Below are positions 56,338-64,000 of a stretch of DNA of 64,000 bases, piece after piece. How positions within the stretch are numbered: position 1 is the first letter of the stretch; every line of letters begins with the position of its first letter. The DNA lies in contig JAFWUH010000048.1 of the NCBI GenBank assembly GCA_017524165.1, positions 4,359-68,358 of the forward strand, in the 5' to 3' direction. The stretch comes from Clostridia bacterium. GTDB lineage: Bacteria > Bacillota > Clostridia > Oscillospirales > Acutalibacteraceae. Below the pieces are notes generated by a model. It saw only the letters and a list, made by a program, of their open reading frames with translations. It was not told the origin of the DNA and made no database searches. Made by a program: the position numbers and the translations under genes.

Positions 56338-59301
56338 TCATTTATTTGATTCAATTTGAAACGAATGAATTTCAAAAGGACGGTAATCGGTTTCGTCGGT
56401 TACCCGTTCTTCCTTTTCTTCGCAAAGATTGCAACGGTATACGGTCTCGCCGTCTAATCCGTTCAGCTTTGCCTTGGTACGGCGACCGGTCGCCTCGTAG
56501 GTACGAACAACCAATCCGTCGGAATTTTCCGCCTTTTTCACGCCGTCAATAATAACATTATCGGCGCTGATCGAAAGATAGCTGTGTGCGGTCTCTCCGT
56601 CGCCGACGGCAACCTCGCACATCTGCGGCTCGGTGTTGAAGCAAGCCGCGGCACGAACGGTTTGCAACAGCGAAGCCTCTGCATCCGAATAAATGCCGTA
56701 ACGGAAGGTTTGTTTGCCGAAATCCAAATCGGTTGCCGGATAATTGGTGCCGCGCAGGGCATTCAATTCAATGACATTGTCCTCCACGCCGTATCCGTAC
56801 TTGCAATCGTTCAAGAGTGCAAAGTTCAAGCCGGTTTCGGACAGGGCGATCCAACGATGCGCCGCCATCTCAATTTGTGCCTGCTGTTCGGTCGTGTTGT
56901 TGCGCGTCGAACGCTTGACCGTACCGAATTGCGTTTCACAACGCACATCATCCGAATCAATTACCGTATGAAAGGCAATTCGGAGCATTTTGTGCATTTC
57001 ATGCCAATCAACATCGGCTTTTACTTCCAACACGCGATCATTCGGTCCGAGTGAAAGTGAAAGCACCATATCCGAAGTGCCGTAATGATATTTCTGTATC
57101 ACCGTGACGCCGCAAGGTCCGACCTCGGTACGACTTTCCACCAACGGCACACGATCCGGCGTCTGATTGCGGTAATCGTACTGCAAATTCCACGCGTTTT
57201 CCATATCGTCATAAATATAGAGGATATTGGACGGACCGTTCAACAACTCCCTGCCGATTTCTTTATTGTAAATACTTTGAATACTACCGTCTTCAGCCAA
57301 GGTAACCTTTACATAAGCGTTTTCCAATGCCGTCATGTCGGATCGAACGGTTTCACCCGCCAAGTCGACCACCGCATATCCCATCGGCGGCAAGGTTACG
57401 GTCATCATACCTTCATCGGATTCCACCGTGTATTCACGCGCAAAGGAGAGCGTATTGAAAATCGCCGCCGGACGCTTTTGCGCCGGAACGGAAATCTGCT
57501 TTGCCAATACTGAAACCGCTTCATCGCGCAACGCTTTTGTCTCTTCATAGAGTGCTTGATAGCGTTCTAAACATTCATTGTAGACCCGTTGAATGGAAGA
57601 ACCGGGTAAAATATCATGGAATTGATACAACAGGACTTCTTTCCAAATTCTTTCAAAGTCCTCCGCCGGATAAGCAAACCCGGCTTCCCGATGGGCTATT
57701 GCGGCAAAAAATTCCGCATCACGCAAGGTTTTTTCCATCAGTCGGTTGTAGTATTTATTTCTCGCTGCCGAGGTGTAAACGCCCAAATGGCGTTCCAAAT
57801 ACATTTCATCCGCCCAAACCGGCAGTTCGTCGGCGCGTTCTTTTAAGCGTTCAAAGAAGTCTGCCATTTTACCCGGTGTGATGGGGCACAGTCCCGGCAA
57901 ATTGCGTTCACGCTTTAAATATTCCAGATGGGAAGGACTCGGTCCGCCGCCGCCGTCACCAATGCCGAACGGCAACAGCGCTTCGCCAAATTGACCGTTT
58001 TGCGCCAAACGGCGGGTTGCCCGCCGTACCGAGCGTGCCGTACCTTCGCTGACATAACTGCCTTCCGGCGGCATATGTACCAAAACTTCGGAGCCGTCGA
58101 TTCCCTTCCAACGGAAGTTGGTATACGGGAAATCGTTGATCAGATTCCAAGACATTTTGATCGTTGCAAAGTATTCAATACCCGCTTTGCGGAAGATCTG
58201 CGGCAAAGCCGCCGAATAGCCGAAGGTGTCCGGCGTCCAGACATAGTTGGTACGCTGACCGAATTCTTTCTGCCAAAAAGCATTTCCGTAGAGGATCTGA
58301 CGAACGACCGACTCGCCCGAAATGAGGTTTAGATCCGGTTCTACCCAAACGCCGCCCAGCAATTCCCAGCGACCGTCAGCAATGGTTTTTTTTACTTTTG
58401 CGTACAAATCCGGATGATCTTCCTTCACCCAATCGTACAACTGGGGCTGACTGGCACCGAAGAGATAATCCGGATAACGGTTCATCAATTCCAATGCGGT
58501 TGCGAAGGTTCTGGCACCCTTTCTTCGGGTTTCACGAAGCGGCCACAGCCACGCCAGGTCAATGTGCGCATGACCGAACGCCGTCAACGAAACAGCGGGA
58601 TTTTCACCGCCCTGCATTGCCAATCTTTTGCCGGTGATCTCAAGACATTTTTTCATTTCACTCTCATCGAAATGAATTAATTCTTTCCGGCATTGACTTA
58701 ATACATTTAAAATTTCATATTTGATCGGATCCTCGTTCGGCGTGTTTTCCGCCTGAACCAGTAAGACGATCATATCATAAAAAAGTGTTCTTGCAATGTC
58801 ATTACAGCTGGCTAAAAAGGCTTCTTTGATTCTGCCGTTTTCTTTCAGATTTCCGGTCAGATCGTTACAGCCGGCGTCCATCCAAAAATCAACCGGATCA
58901 CCGCCTTGAGCAGCTTCCTTAAACTGAATGATTCTTTTGCCGGGATTTCCCATCGCACGGTCGAAGGTGGAGTTGACATTTGTCACTCCGCGAAGGGGAC
59001 ATCCGCTATCGTCATAAATCAGACCCTCACCGTTGATATCAATGACATAAACGATCTTTTTGCCCTTTGCCTCTTCCGGCACTCTGCCGGTGAAATGAAA
59101 CCATGCACAGTCAAAAAGCTCGCCCCAGGATTCACCGACCTGAACCTTGCGATATTCGCCCGTTGTCCGTTGTGCAAAGGGAATCGGTTCTTTTGATTTG
59201 TATATTTCAATATCCAAATCCGAAACCTTTGTGTACACGCGGTTTTTTACCCGTTGCACGCAATTCCGCAGATTTTCAAACACGTATTTTTCATTAAACA
59301 T
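56338..59301 (-). CDS. GH38 alpha-mannosidase (Ams1/MngB-like long form), cytoplasmic
   Basis: FGHAHIDLAWLWPLRETRRKGARTF, GGVWVEPD and TPDTFGYSAALPQI. Start moved to ATG 59301 (MFNEKYVF...; GGAGGA SD, 7-nt spacer). The ORF-track start at 59322 is a TTG with no SD. Confidence 0.85.
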   Translation of the reverse strand: MFNEKYVFENLRNCVQRVKNRVYTKVSDLDIEIYKSKEPIPFAQRTTGEYRKVQVGESWGELFDCAWFHFTGRVPEEAKGKKIVYVIDINGEGLIYDDSGCPLRGVTNVNSTFDRAMGNPGKRIIQFKEAAQGGDPVDFWMDAGCNDLTGNLKENGRIKEAFLASCNDIARTLFYDMIVLLVQAENTPNEDPIKYEILNVLSQCRKELIHFDESEMKKCLEITGKRLAMQGGENPAVSLTAFGHAHIDLAWLWPLRETRRKGARTFATALELMNRYPDYLFGASQPQLYDWVKEDHPDLYAKVKKTIADGRWELLGGVWVEPDLNLISGESVVRQILYGNAFWQKEFGQRTNYVWTPDTFGYSAALPQIFRKAGIEYFATIKMSWNLINDFPYTNFRWKGIDGSEVLVHMPPEGSYVSEGTARSVRRATRRLAQNGQFGEALLPFGIGDGGGGPSPSHLEYLKRERNLPGLCPITPGKMADFFERLKERADELPVWADEMYLERHLGVYTSAARNKYYNRLMEKTLRDAEFFAAIAHREAGFAYPAEDFERIWKEVLLYQFHDILPGSSIQRVYNECLERYQALYEETKALRDEAVSVLAKQISVPAQKRPAAIFNTLSFAREYTVESDEGMMTVTLPPMGYAVVDLAGETVRSDMTALENAYVKVTLAEDGSIQSIYNKEIGRELLNGPSNILYIYDDMENAWNLQYDYRNQTPDRVPLVESRTEVGPCGVTVIQKYHYGTSDMVLSLSLGPNDRVLEVKADVDWHEMHKMLRIAFHTVIDSDDVRCETQFGTVKRSTRNNTTEQQAQIEMAAHRWIALSETGLNFALLNDCKYGYGVEDNVIELNALRGTNYPATDLDFGKQTFRYGIYSDAEASLLQTVRAAACFNTEPQMCEVAVGDGETAHSYLSISADNVIIDGVKKAENSDGLVVRTYEATGRRTKAKLNGLDGETVYRCNLCEEKEERVTDETDYRPFEIHSFQIESNK

Positions 59302-59339
59302 CTTTTCGTCCTCCATGCCCAACGAATTTTGTTTTATAA

Positions 59340-59351
59340 AAATAATACAAA
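59340..59351 (-). promoter_or_regulatory. Copy of shared element TTTGTATTATTT (exact, minus strand) in the operon B leader
   Basis: The plus strand reads AAATAATACAAA. Lies about 23-34 nt downstream of the predicted operon B transcription start. Confidence 0.45.
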
Positions 59352-59380
59352 TACAATGTGTCCAGCTTATTTTTCACGCT

Positions 59381-59409
59381 ATTATATCATATTACAAAAA
59401 TATTGTCAA
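59381..59409 (-). promoter_or_regulatory. Consensus sigma-A promoter of operon B
   Basis: Minus strand reads TTGACA (59409-59404), 17-nt spacer, TGaTATAAT (TATAAT at 59386-59381). Confidence 0.6.
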
Positions 59410-59448
59410 CAAAATGAAGAACATTTTTGGCGATTTTTCAAAAAGTTA

Positions 59449-59477
59449 TTGCAATAAAAAGGATGATGTGTTATAAT
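59449..59477 (+). promoter_or_regulatory. Near-consensus sigma-A promoter of the FAD-oxidoreductase gene
   Basis: TTGCAA (59449-59454), 17-nt spacer, TGtTATAAT (TATAAT at 59472-59477). Confidence 0.6.
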
Positions 59478-59486
59478 ATAGAAAAA

Positions 59487-59498
59487 TTTGTATTATTT
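59487..59498 (+). promoter_or_regulatory. Copy of shared element TTTGTATTATTT (exact)
   Basis: Starts 10 nt after the -10 box of the oxidoreductase promoter, an operator-like position around +4 to +15. Confidence 0.45.
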
Positions 59499-59507
59499 GG
59501 TGATTCT

Positions 59508-60812
59508 ATGAAAATTTCTTATGAAAAAAGTATCCCGGTAAAGTACGAAACGGATGTCTTTGTTGCCGGCGGCGGACCTGCCGGTGTTGCGGCGGCATAC
59601 ACTGCGGCAAAGAACGGTGCTTCTGTTTTTTTGGCAGAAACATTCGGCGCGTTTGGCGGTGCCGGCGTTCATGCCTTGGTGCCGGCATTCATGCAGTTCG
59701 GTGACGGCGTTAATTTTTTGGCAGGGGATGTCGGGCATTATGTCCGCGATTTTCTCCGCGAAAATGCCCCCGAAGAGTATAAAAAATTCTGTCCTGACAG
59801 TATTCCGGTGGAAGTCTTAAAGCTCTGCTACGATAAAATGTTGGTCGAAGCCGGCGTGCAGTTTGAGTTTTTTTCCCCTGTTTCCGATGTCATTGCCGAA
59901 AACGGACATATTCAGTATGTCATCTGTGCCGCAAAGGGCGGCAGTTATGCCGTTAAAGCCAAAACCTTTATCGATTGTACCGGTGACGGCGATCTTGCCG
60001 CACTTGCCGGTGCAGAATTTGCTAAAGGTGATGAAAACGGCGATATGATGGCGGCAACGCTTTGCGCTCTATGGAACGGTATTGATTGGAAAAATGTTGT
60101 CCGCCCTGACAGCCGTCGGCTGGACGACGCCTTTGCCGATAAGATCTTTACCAACGAGGACCGTCACCTTCCCGGCATCTGGCCGATCAGTACCTCGACC
60201 GGCGGTTCCAATGCCGGACATGTTTATGATATCGACGGTACGACCGCTGAATCCCTGACCAGAGGAATGATCGAGGGAAGAAAACAACTTCTTGAATATC
60301 GTAAATACTATAAAGAGTATCTTTCGGGCTATGAAAATTCCGAGCCGGTTATCAGCGGAACCCAAATCGGTGTTCGCGAGACCAGACGGATTATCGGCGA
60401 TTATATTTTAACTGTTGATGACTTTCTCAACCGTTCCAGTTTTGAAGATGAAATCGGTCGTTATGCATACCCGATTGATATTCACTCCGGCAAAAATTCT
60501 TCGGCAGGATATGCTGAATATGCTAAAAAATTTGCGGAACTGCGTTACAAAAAAGGCGAAAGCTACGGCATCCCCTACCGTTCACTTTTAGTGAAAGGTA
60601 TCGACAATTTATTGACCGCCGGCCGTTGTATCTCGGCAGACCGTTCGATGCAGGCTTCGGTTCGTGTAATGCCCTGCTGCTTTATTACCGGTCAAGCCGC
60701 CGGCACTGCCGCCGCTTTGGCGCAAGATAAAAACGGTGAAACACGGGCGATTGATATACAACAACTTCGCGCCGTGCTGAAAGAAAACGGTGGATTTATT
60801 CAAGACAGATAA
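59508..60812 (+). CDS. FAD-dependent oxidoreductase (FAD_oxidored/PF12831-like), cytoplasmic
   Basis: Start moved to ATG 59508 (MKISYEKSIPVKYETDVFVAGGGPAGVAAAYTAAKNG, dinucleotide-binding GGGPAG). DCTGDGDLA motif. About 434 aa. Confidence 0.75.
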   Translation: MKISYEKSIPVKYETDVFVAGGGPAGVAAAYTAAKNGASVFLAETFGAFGGAGVHALVPAFMQFGDGVNFLAGDVGHYVRDFLRENAPEEYKKFCPDSIPVEVLKLCYDKMLVEAGVQFEFFSPVSDVIAENGHIQYVICAAKGGSYAVKAKTFIDCTGDGDLAALAGAEFAKGDENGDMMAATLCALWNGIDWKNVVRPDSRRLDDAFADKIFTNEDRHLPGIWPISTSTGGSNAGHVYDIDGTTAESLTRGMIEGRKQLLEYRKYYKEYLSGYENSEPVISGTQIGVRETRRIIGDYILTVDDFLNRSSFEDEIGRYAYPIDIHSGKNSSAGYAEYAKKFAELRYKKGESYGIPYRSLLVKGIDNLLTAGRCISADRSMQASVRVMPCCFITGQAAGTAAALAQDKNGETRAIDIQQLRAVLKENGGFIQDR

Positions 60813-60821
60813 AAATAATTT

Positions 60822-60870
60822 CTTTATAAAAAAAGCAAGAGCGGCACCATCCTTTCGGATGACGCCGCCC
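60822..60870 (-). terminator. Terminator for the convergent SASA/dockerin gene (may also stop plus-strand transcription)
   Basis: 12-bp stem GCGGCACCATCC / GGATGACGCCGC (2-nt internal mismatch) with loop TTTC. The minus strand continues CTTGCTTTTTTTAT. No T run on the plus strand. Confidence 0.5.
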
Positions 60871-60893
60871 TTATTGAAAAAATGGGACATCAA

Positions 60894-63800
60894 TTAAGAA
60901 GCGTAACCACTCATAACCCTCTTCATGTGAACCAAGCCACGAACATCCAAAGAAGATTCATTATCATTGCGCTTTGCAGCTTCAAAGAAGTATCCCTGCA
61001 ACGAATTATTGCCAAGCAAGTGCTGACGGAAGCGAACCAGGTCGGTTGCGCCGCGAACACCGTCGCCGTCCAGATCACCGTAAACGATGGCGTAAACGGT
61101 CTTGGTACCGTTGCTTGCATAGTCGCCGGTACCAATTGCGGCACCTGCCGCCAAAGCGGTATTGCCACGATAGACGGTTACCGAGGAGGCAAATCCATTT
61201 GCCGAAAGGAACTGCGAAATGGTCTGACCAAGCGTTGCTTTTACCGAAAGAATTTCGGTTGCAATTGCAGTACCGAGACGAATATCATCCAAGTGGATCG
61301 TACCGGCTGTGTTAACAGTAAACTTCAACACATTGGAGTTGACGGCGGTTAAGGCGTTCGCCGCGGAAACAGCTGTAGTTCCGGCAGCGGTTGTCTTTAA
61401 GTTGGTCAAATCAAAGGTGTAGGTGGTAAATCCGCTGTTTGCCGGCAAAGTAACGGTTGTAGCGCCGTCTGTAGTGCAGACAAAGTAGCTGGAATTGCTG
61501 ATATTCAAAGAGAAGGTCTTCGCGGTATTATCATCGTTCTTAACCTTTACAGACAAGTATCTGTAGTTGCCGAGTTTGTTTGCCAACATGGTCTTCAGAC
61601 CGAGTACCGGGCCCACTGCGGCGGTTCCGCTGGAGGATACAACCTTTACAGAAGAATTACCCTGCGCCTTGACGCCGGTATCAAATGTAACGGTAGCGGT
61701 ACCGGATTTCTTATCCCATGTTGCAACACTTTCGCCTTTGCAGTTTGCGCCGGCGCTGGTGTTGTCAGCGATCCAAATGGTCGAATGATCCGCATTCATC
61801 CAGTCGTTGTCACCGACATGAACCGATGCAACTTCATCCGAACGGAACGGAACGACCGGCAAACCGAAGGAATTCTTCAGGTTCGCGTTCATATTGAACG
61901 AACTGAACGCATAAGCGACTGCAACCGGATTGTTGATCAACGGGCTGTAAACTTCAACCGTATCGTTGGCAATGATCTGAGCATAGGCATTACCGAAGAC
62001 ACGGTCACTGCCGCAGATGGTAAAGCCTTCCAAGTCGGAATTTACATCGCGCAAAGACAAGCCGGAGCCGACATTGTCAAATTTCACACGGATCTTATTG
62101 CCAACAACCGTCATGCTCTTGAAGGTGGCGGCGGCGAATCCGGGAGTGCCCTGATTATAGAATTTGCTCAAAATAGCAGCGGCAAAATTCTTTCCAACCG
62201 GCTCTTTTGTGCGCGGGTGGATCGGGAAGTTATCCGAGCAATATTCCAAAGACTGGTCATAAATCGGAATCTGAACCATCGAATTCGGATGAGCGGCGCA
62301 TGCTTTAGACATGGCTTCGGACAACATCGGAATGGTAACATCAAAGTCATTTGCACGAACATTGTTGTAGTTATACGGTGCAATGTGGGCAAAGACAAAC
62401 GGCATATCGCCGGCGTTAAAGTTAAAGAGAACGCCCCAATCTTCTGCCATCTGTTTTAAGGCCGCTTCATAGAAGCTGTTGGTTCCGTTTGTGTCGGCAT
62501 ACTTGATATTGCTTTCGCCCTGATACCAGAGAACGCCGGCAATATTCATACCGCCAAGCGGCGCCAATTTGGAGTTGTAAAGTGCTGTCATACTGTTCCA
62601 GTTACCGGCAACCGCCATTTGCTGTTCGGTGCGATACAAGCCTTTTTTCTGCAAGATACTCTTAACAGTTGCATTGTTTTCGATGCTTTCGCGGGACATC
62701 CAGGTTTCAATAACCGAGCTGCCGCGGCTGACATTCAGGAAACCGACCGGGACATTTAAGGTCTTACGCAGTTCTAAAGCGGTGTAGTATGCAACCGCAG
62801 AAGAATAAATAACATTGGTAAAGGTGCTGCCGTCTGTCCAGTGAACTTCACGCATCTGCGCCGAAGAAGCACTGGTATCAGGTTCAACATCATAATACGG
62901 TGTCGCAGCAATGGTGCTGTTTGTGCCGCCCGGAACAGAGGGTTCCATCATGACGCGGATATATTGGTCTGCTAAATTTTTAGATGTAAACTCAGCCATT
63001 CTGCCGGCAAGATTTGTTGCTTCAAAAGAAGTACCGAGGAAGTATTCCATGTTGGACTGACCGGAAGCTAACCACAGTTCACCGATCAAAATGTTGCCGA
63101 TTTCTTTAACCACAGTACCGTCCATCAATACTTTAATAGAATAGTTATCATAGCTACCGGCACGGGCAGGTAATTTTACTTCCCAATTGCCGTCCGTGTC
63201 AACGGTGGTGTTGGCAGAGCTTACCAGCGTATTTGCTTTGTAAAGCTCAACTCTCACGGTAGAGCCGGTGCCACCCACACCCCAGAGGTTCATGGTCTTG
63301 TTCTGCTGGAACATCATGTTATCGGCAAAGAAGGACGGCATGACTGCTTTTTCCTTCTCATTCGTGAGATACATCTGTTCTACGCGAACGGTGTAAACAT
63401 CGGTATTGCCCGAAACCGGATTCAGATAAAAACGCATATAATTGACATCCGAAAGGGACAAGCCGTTATCATTGCTCGCGCTATCCAAAGCCAGATAAAG
63501 ATTGTTCCAACCGTCATGCAGATTCAATTTACCCAAAGACCAGTTTGCTTCATTTACATCCGAACCGCCCGAGCTGGTCAATTCTAACTGACCGCCGGAA
63601 AGCAGATTGCCGGTCTGACCGGGATTGGTCTTGTTCTCAATATAGATCTTTGCAACCAACCAAAGCGTGCTCTTGGTATATGCGGAAAGATCATAGGAGA
63701 ATGTATTCGAGCAAACATAGTTTGCGCTGGTGATGGTTTTCTCGTTCGGAGAATCAATCAAATTCCATTTCTGCGGTCCCGAAACAACAACGGTCTGTTT

Positions 63801-64000
63801 CTTGGTGGAAGCACAGAGGTTATCAATACCCATAAAGCCGTTAGCAACATCGCTGTTAATTGTGGTGCCTTGCGGGCAAACGGCAATGGTGAAGGTGGTT
63901 AACGCACTCGGATTAAAGCCGTTGTCCTGCGTAAAGGTATCCAGGTTGACCGCCATTTTGTACCAAGCGGCGGAAGAAGAGGAAACGACCAATTTGTCTA
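60894..64000 (-). CDS. Surface multi-module protein (N-terminus beyond the right window edge): type-A module end, type-C module, SASA/DUF303 esterase, beta-sandwiches, C-terminal dockerin. Paralog of the central part of 46491..52655
   Basis: The frame stays open to nt 64000. GQLELTSSGGSDVNEANW, VNYMRFY, GELWLASGQSNMEYF (GQSNM at 63048-63062), LWYQGESN, and dockerin GDLDGDGVRGATDLVRFRQHLLG. Confidence 0.85.
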   Translation of the reverse strand, partial: DKLVVSSSSAAWYKMAVNLDTFTQDNGFNPSALTTFTIAVCPQGTTINSDVANGFMGIDNLCASTKKQTVVVSGPQKWNLIDSPNEKTITSANYVCSNTFSYDLSAYTKSTLWLVAKIYIENKTNPGQTGNLLSGGQLELTSSGGSDVNEANWSLGKLNLHDGWNNLYLALDSASNDNGLSLSDVNYMRFYLNPVSGNTDVYTVRVEQMYLTNEKEKAVMPSFFADNMMFQQNKTMNLWGVGGTGSTVRVELYKANTLVSSANTTVDTDGNWEVKLPARAGSYDNYSIKVLMDGTVVKEIGNILIGELWLASGQSNMEYFLGTSFEATNLAGRMAEFTSKNLADQYIRVMMEPSVPGGTNSTIAATPYYDVEPDTSASSAQMREVHWTDGSTFTNVIYSSAVAYYTALELRKTLNVPVGFLNVSRGSSVIETWMSRESIENNATVKSILQKKGLYRTEQQMAVAGNWNSMTALYNSKLAPLGGMNIAGVLWYQGESNIKYADTNGTNSFYEAALKQMAEDWGVLFNFNAGDMPFVFAHIAPYNYNNVRANDFDVTIPMLSEAMSKACAAHPNSMVQIPIYDQSLEYCSDNFPIHPRTKEPVGKNFAAAILSKFYNQGTPGFAAATFKSMTVVGNKIRVKFDNVGSGLSLRDVNSDLEGFTICGSDRVFGNAYAQIIANDTVEVYSPLINNPVAVAYAFSSFNMNANLKNSFGLPVVPFRSDEVASVHVGDNDWMNADHSTIWIADNTSAGANCKGESVATWDKKSGTATVTFDTGVKAQGNSSVKVVSSSGTAAVGPVLGLKTMLANKLGNYRYLSVKVKNDDNTAKTFSLNISNSSYFVCTTDGATTVTLPANSGFTTYTFDLTNLKTTAAGTTAVSAANALTAVNSNVLKFTVNTAGTIHLDDIRLGTAIATEILSVKATLGQTISQFLSANGFASSVTVYRGNTALAAGAAIGTGDYASNGTKTVYAIVYGDLDGDGVRGATDLVRFRQHLLGNNSLQGYFFEAAKRNDNESSLDVRGLVHMKRVMSGYAS
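60906..61079 (-). other. Dockerin module (second repeat degenerate)
   Basis: GDLDGDGVRGATDLVRFRQHLL ... RNDNESSLDVRGLVHMKRVM. Confidence 0.65.
62157..63092 (-). other. SASA/DUF303-type SGNH esterase domain
   Basis: GQSNMEYF, GVLWYQGESN and FPIHP, collinear with the esterase domain of the 2054-aa protein. Confidence 0.7.

Noticed and set aside
1-64000. Search for CRISPR arrays, tRNA/rRNA genes, transposases, integrases, terminal inverted repeats, toxin-antitoxin pairs, LPXTG sortase signals and cohesin modules.
   Set aside because: None was seen. All intergenic regions are under 330 nt and are accounted for by promoters or terminators. The only repeats are protein-level module duplications inside large ORFs. 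The scan was by eye only, so short elements inside coding DNA could have been missed.

Overview
About 50% GC Firmicutes/Clostridia-like DNA. This assignment is an inference from gene content: a yhaO-yhaN pair, a DUF1934-argS arrangement, lon-engB, dockerin modules and Gram-positive lipoboxes. I saw no rRNA, tRNA, CRISPR array, transposase or integrase.

The window has three parts.

(1) 1..9827: the 5' part of a large CBM-fused ABC solute-binding protein, a divergent cytoplasmic GH3 beta-glucosidase, a 1548-aa secreted repeat protein, and a trailing 38-codon acidic ORF.

(2) 10157..21747: an ordinary housekeeping block. On the minus strand it carries murI, DUF1934, argS, pncB, a lipoprotein gene, lon and engB. 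On the plus strand it carries yhaO and yhaN.

(3) 21854..64000: accessory glycan-utilisation DNA organised as two long minus-strand operons.
- Operon A (about 45174 to 21854, 12 genes) encodes a 957-aa solute-binding protein, two permeases, an NHL/TPR/Yip1 membrane protein, a DUF5696-like lipoprotein, two more permeases, a 474-aa solute-binding lipoprotein, a GH38, a GH42-like protein, a double beta-helix enzyme and a dockerin protein.
- Operon B (about 59409 to 46491) encodes a GH38, a double beta-helix lipoprotein, a 276-aa membrane-anchored module protein and a 2054-aa module/esterase protein.
- The block also holds an AraR-like GntR/LacI hybrid regulator, an FAD-dependent oxidoreductase, and a further SASA-esterase/dockerin protein that runs off the right edge.

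The most interesting content:
- A family of uncharacterised roughly 170-aa CBM-like modules, at least 14 copies across six surface proteins.
- An NHL-Yip1 membrane protein plus a DUF5696-like lipoprotein wedged between two ATPase-less ABC importers.
- Paralogous tandem beta-helix (GH55-like architecture) enzymes.
- A 12-nt element, TTTGTATTATTT, shared by the control regions of both operons, the regulator gene and the oxidoreductase gene.

All family assignments come from motifs read by eye in the supplied translations. No database search was possible.
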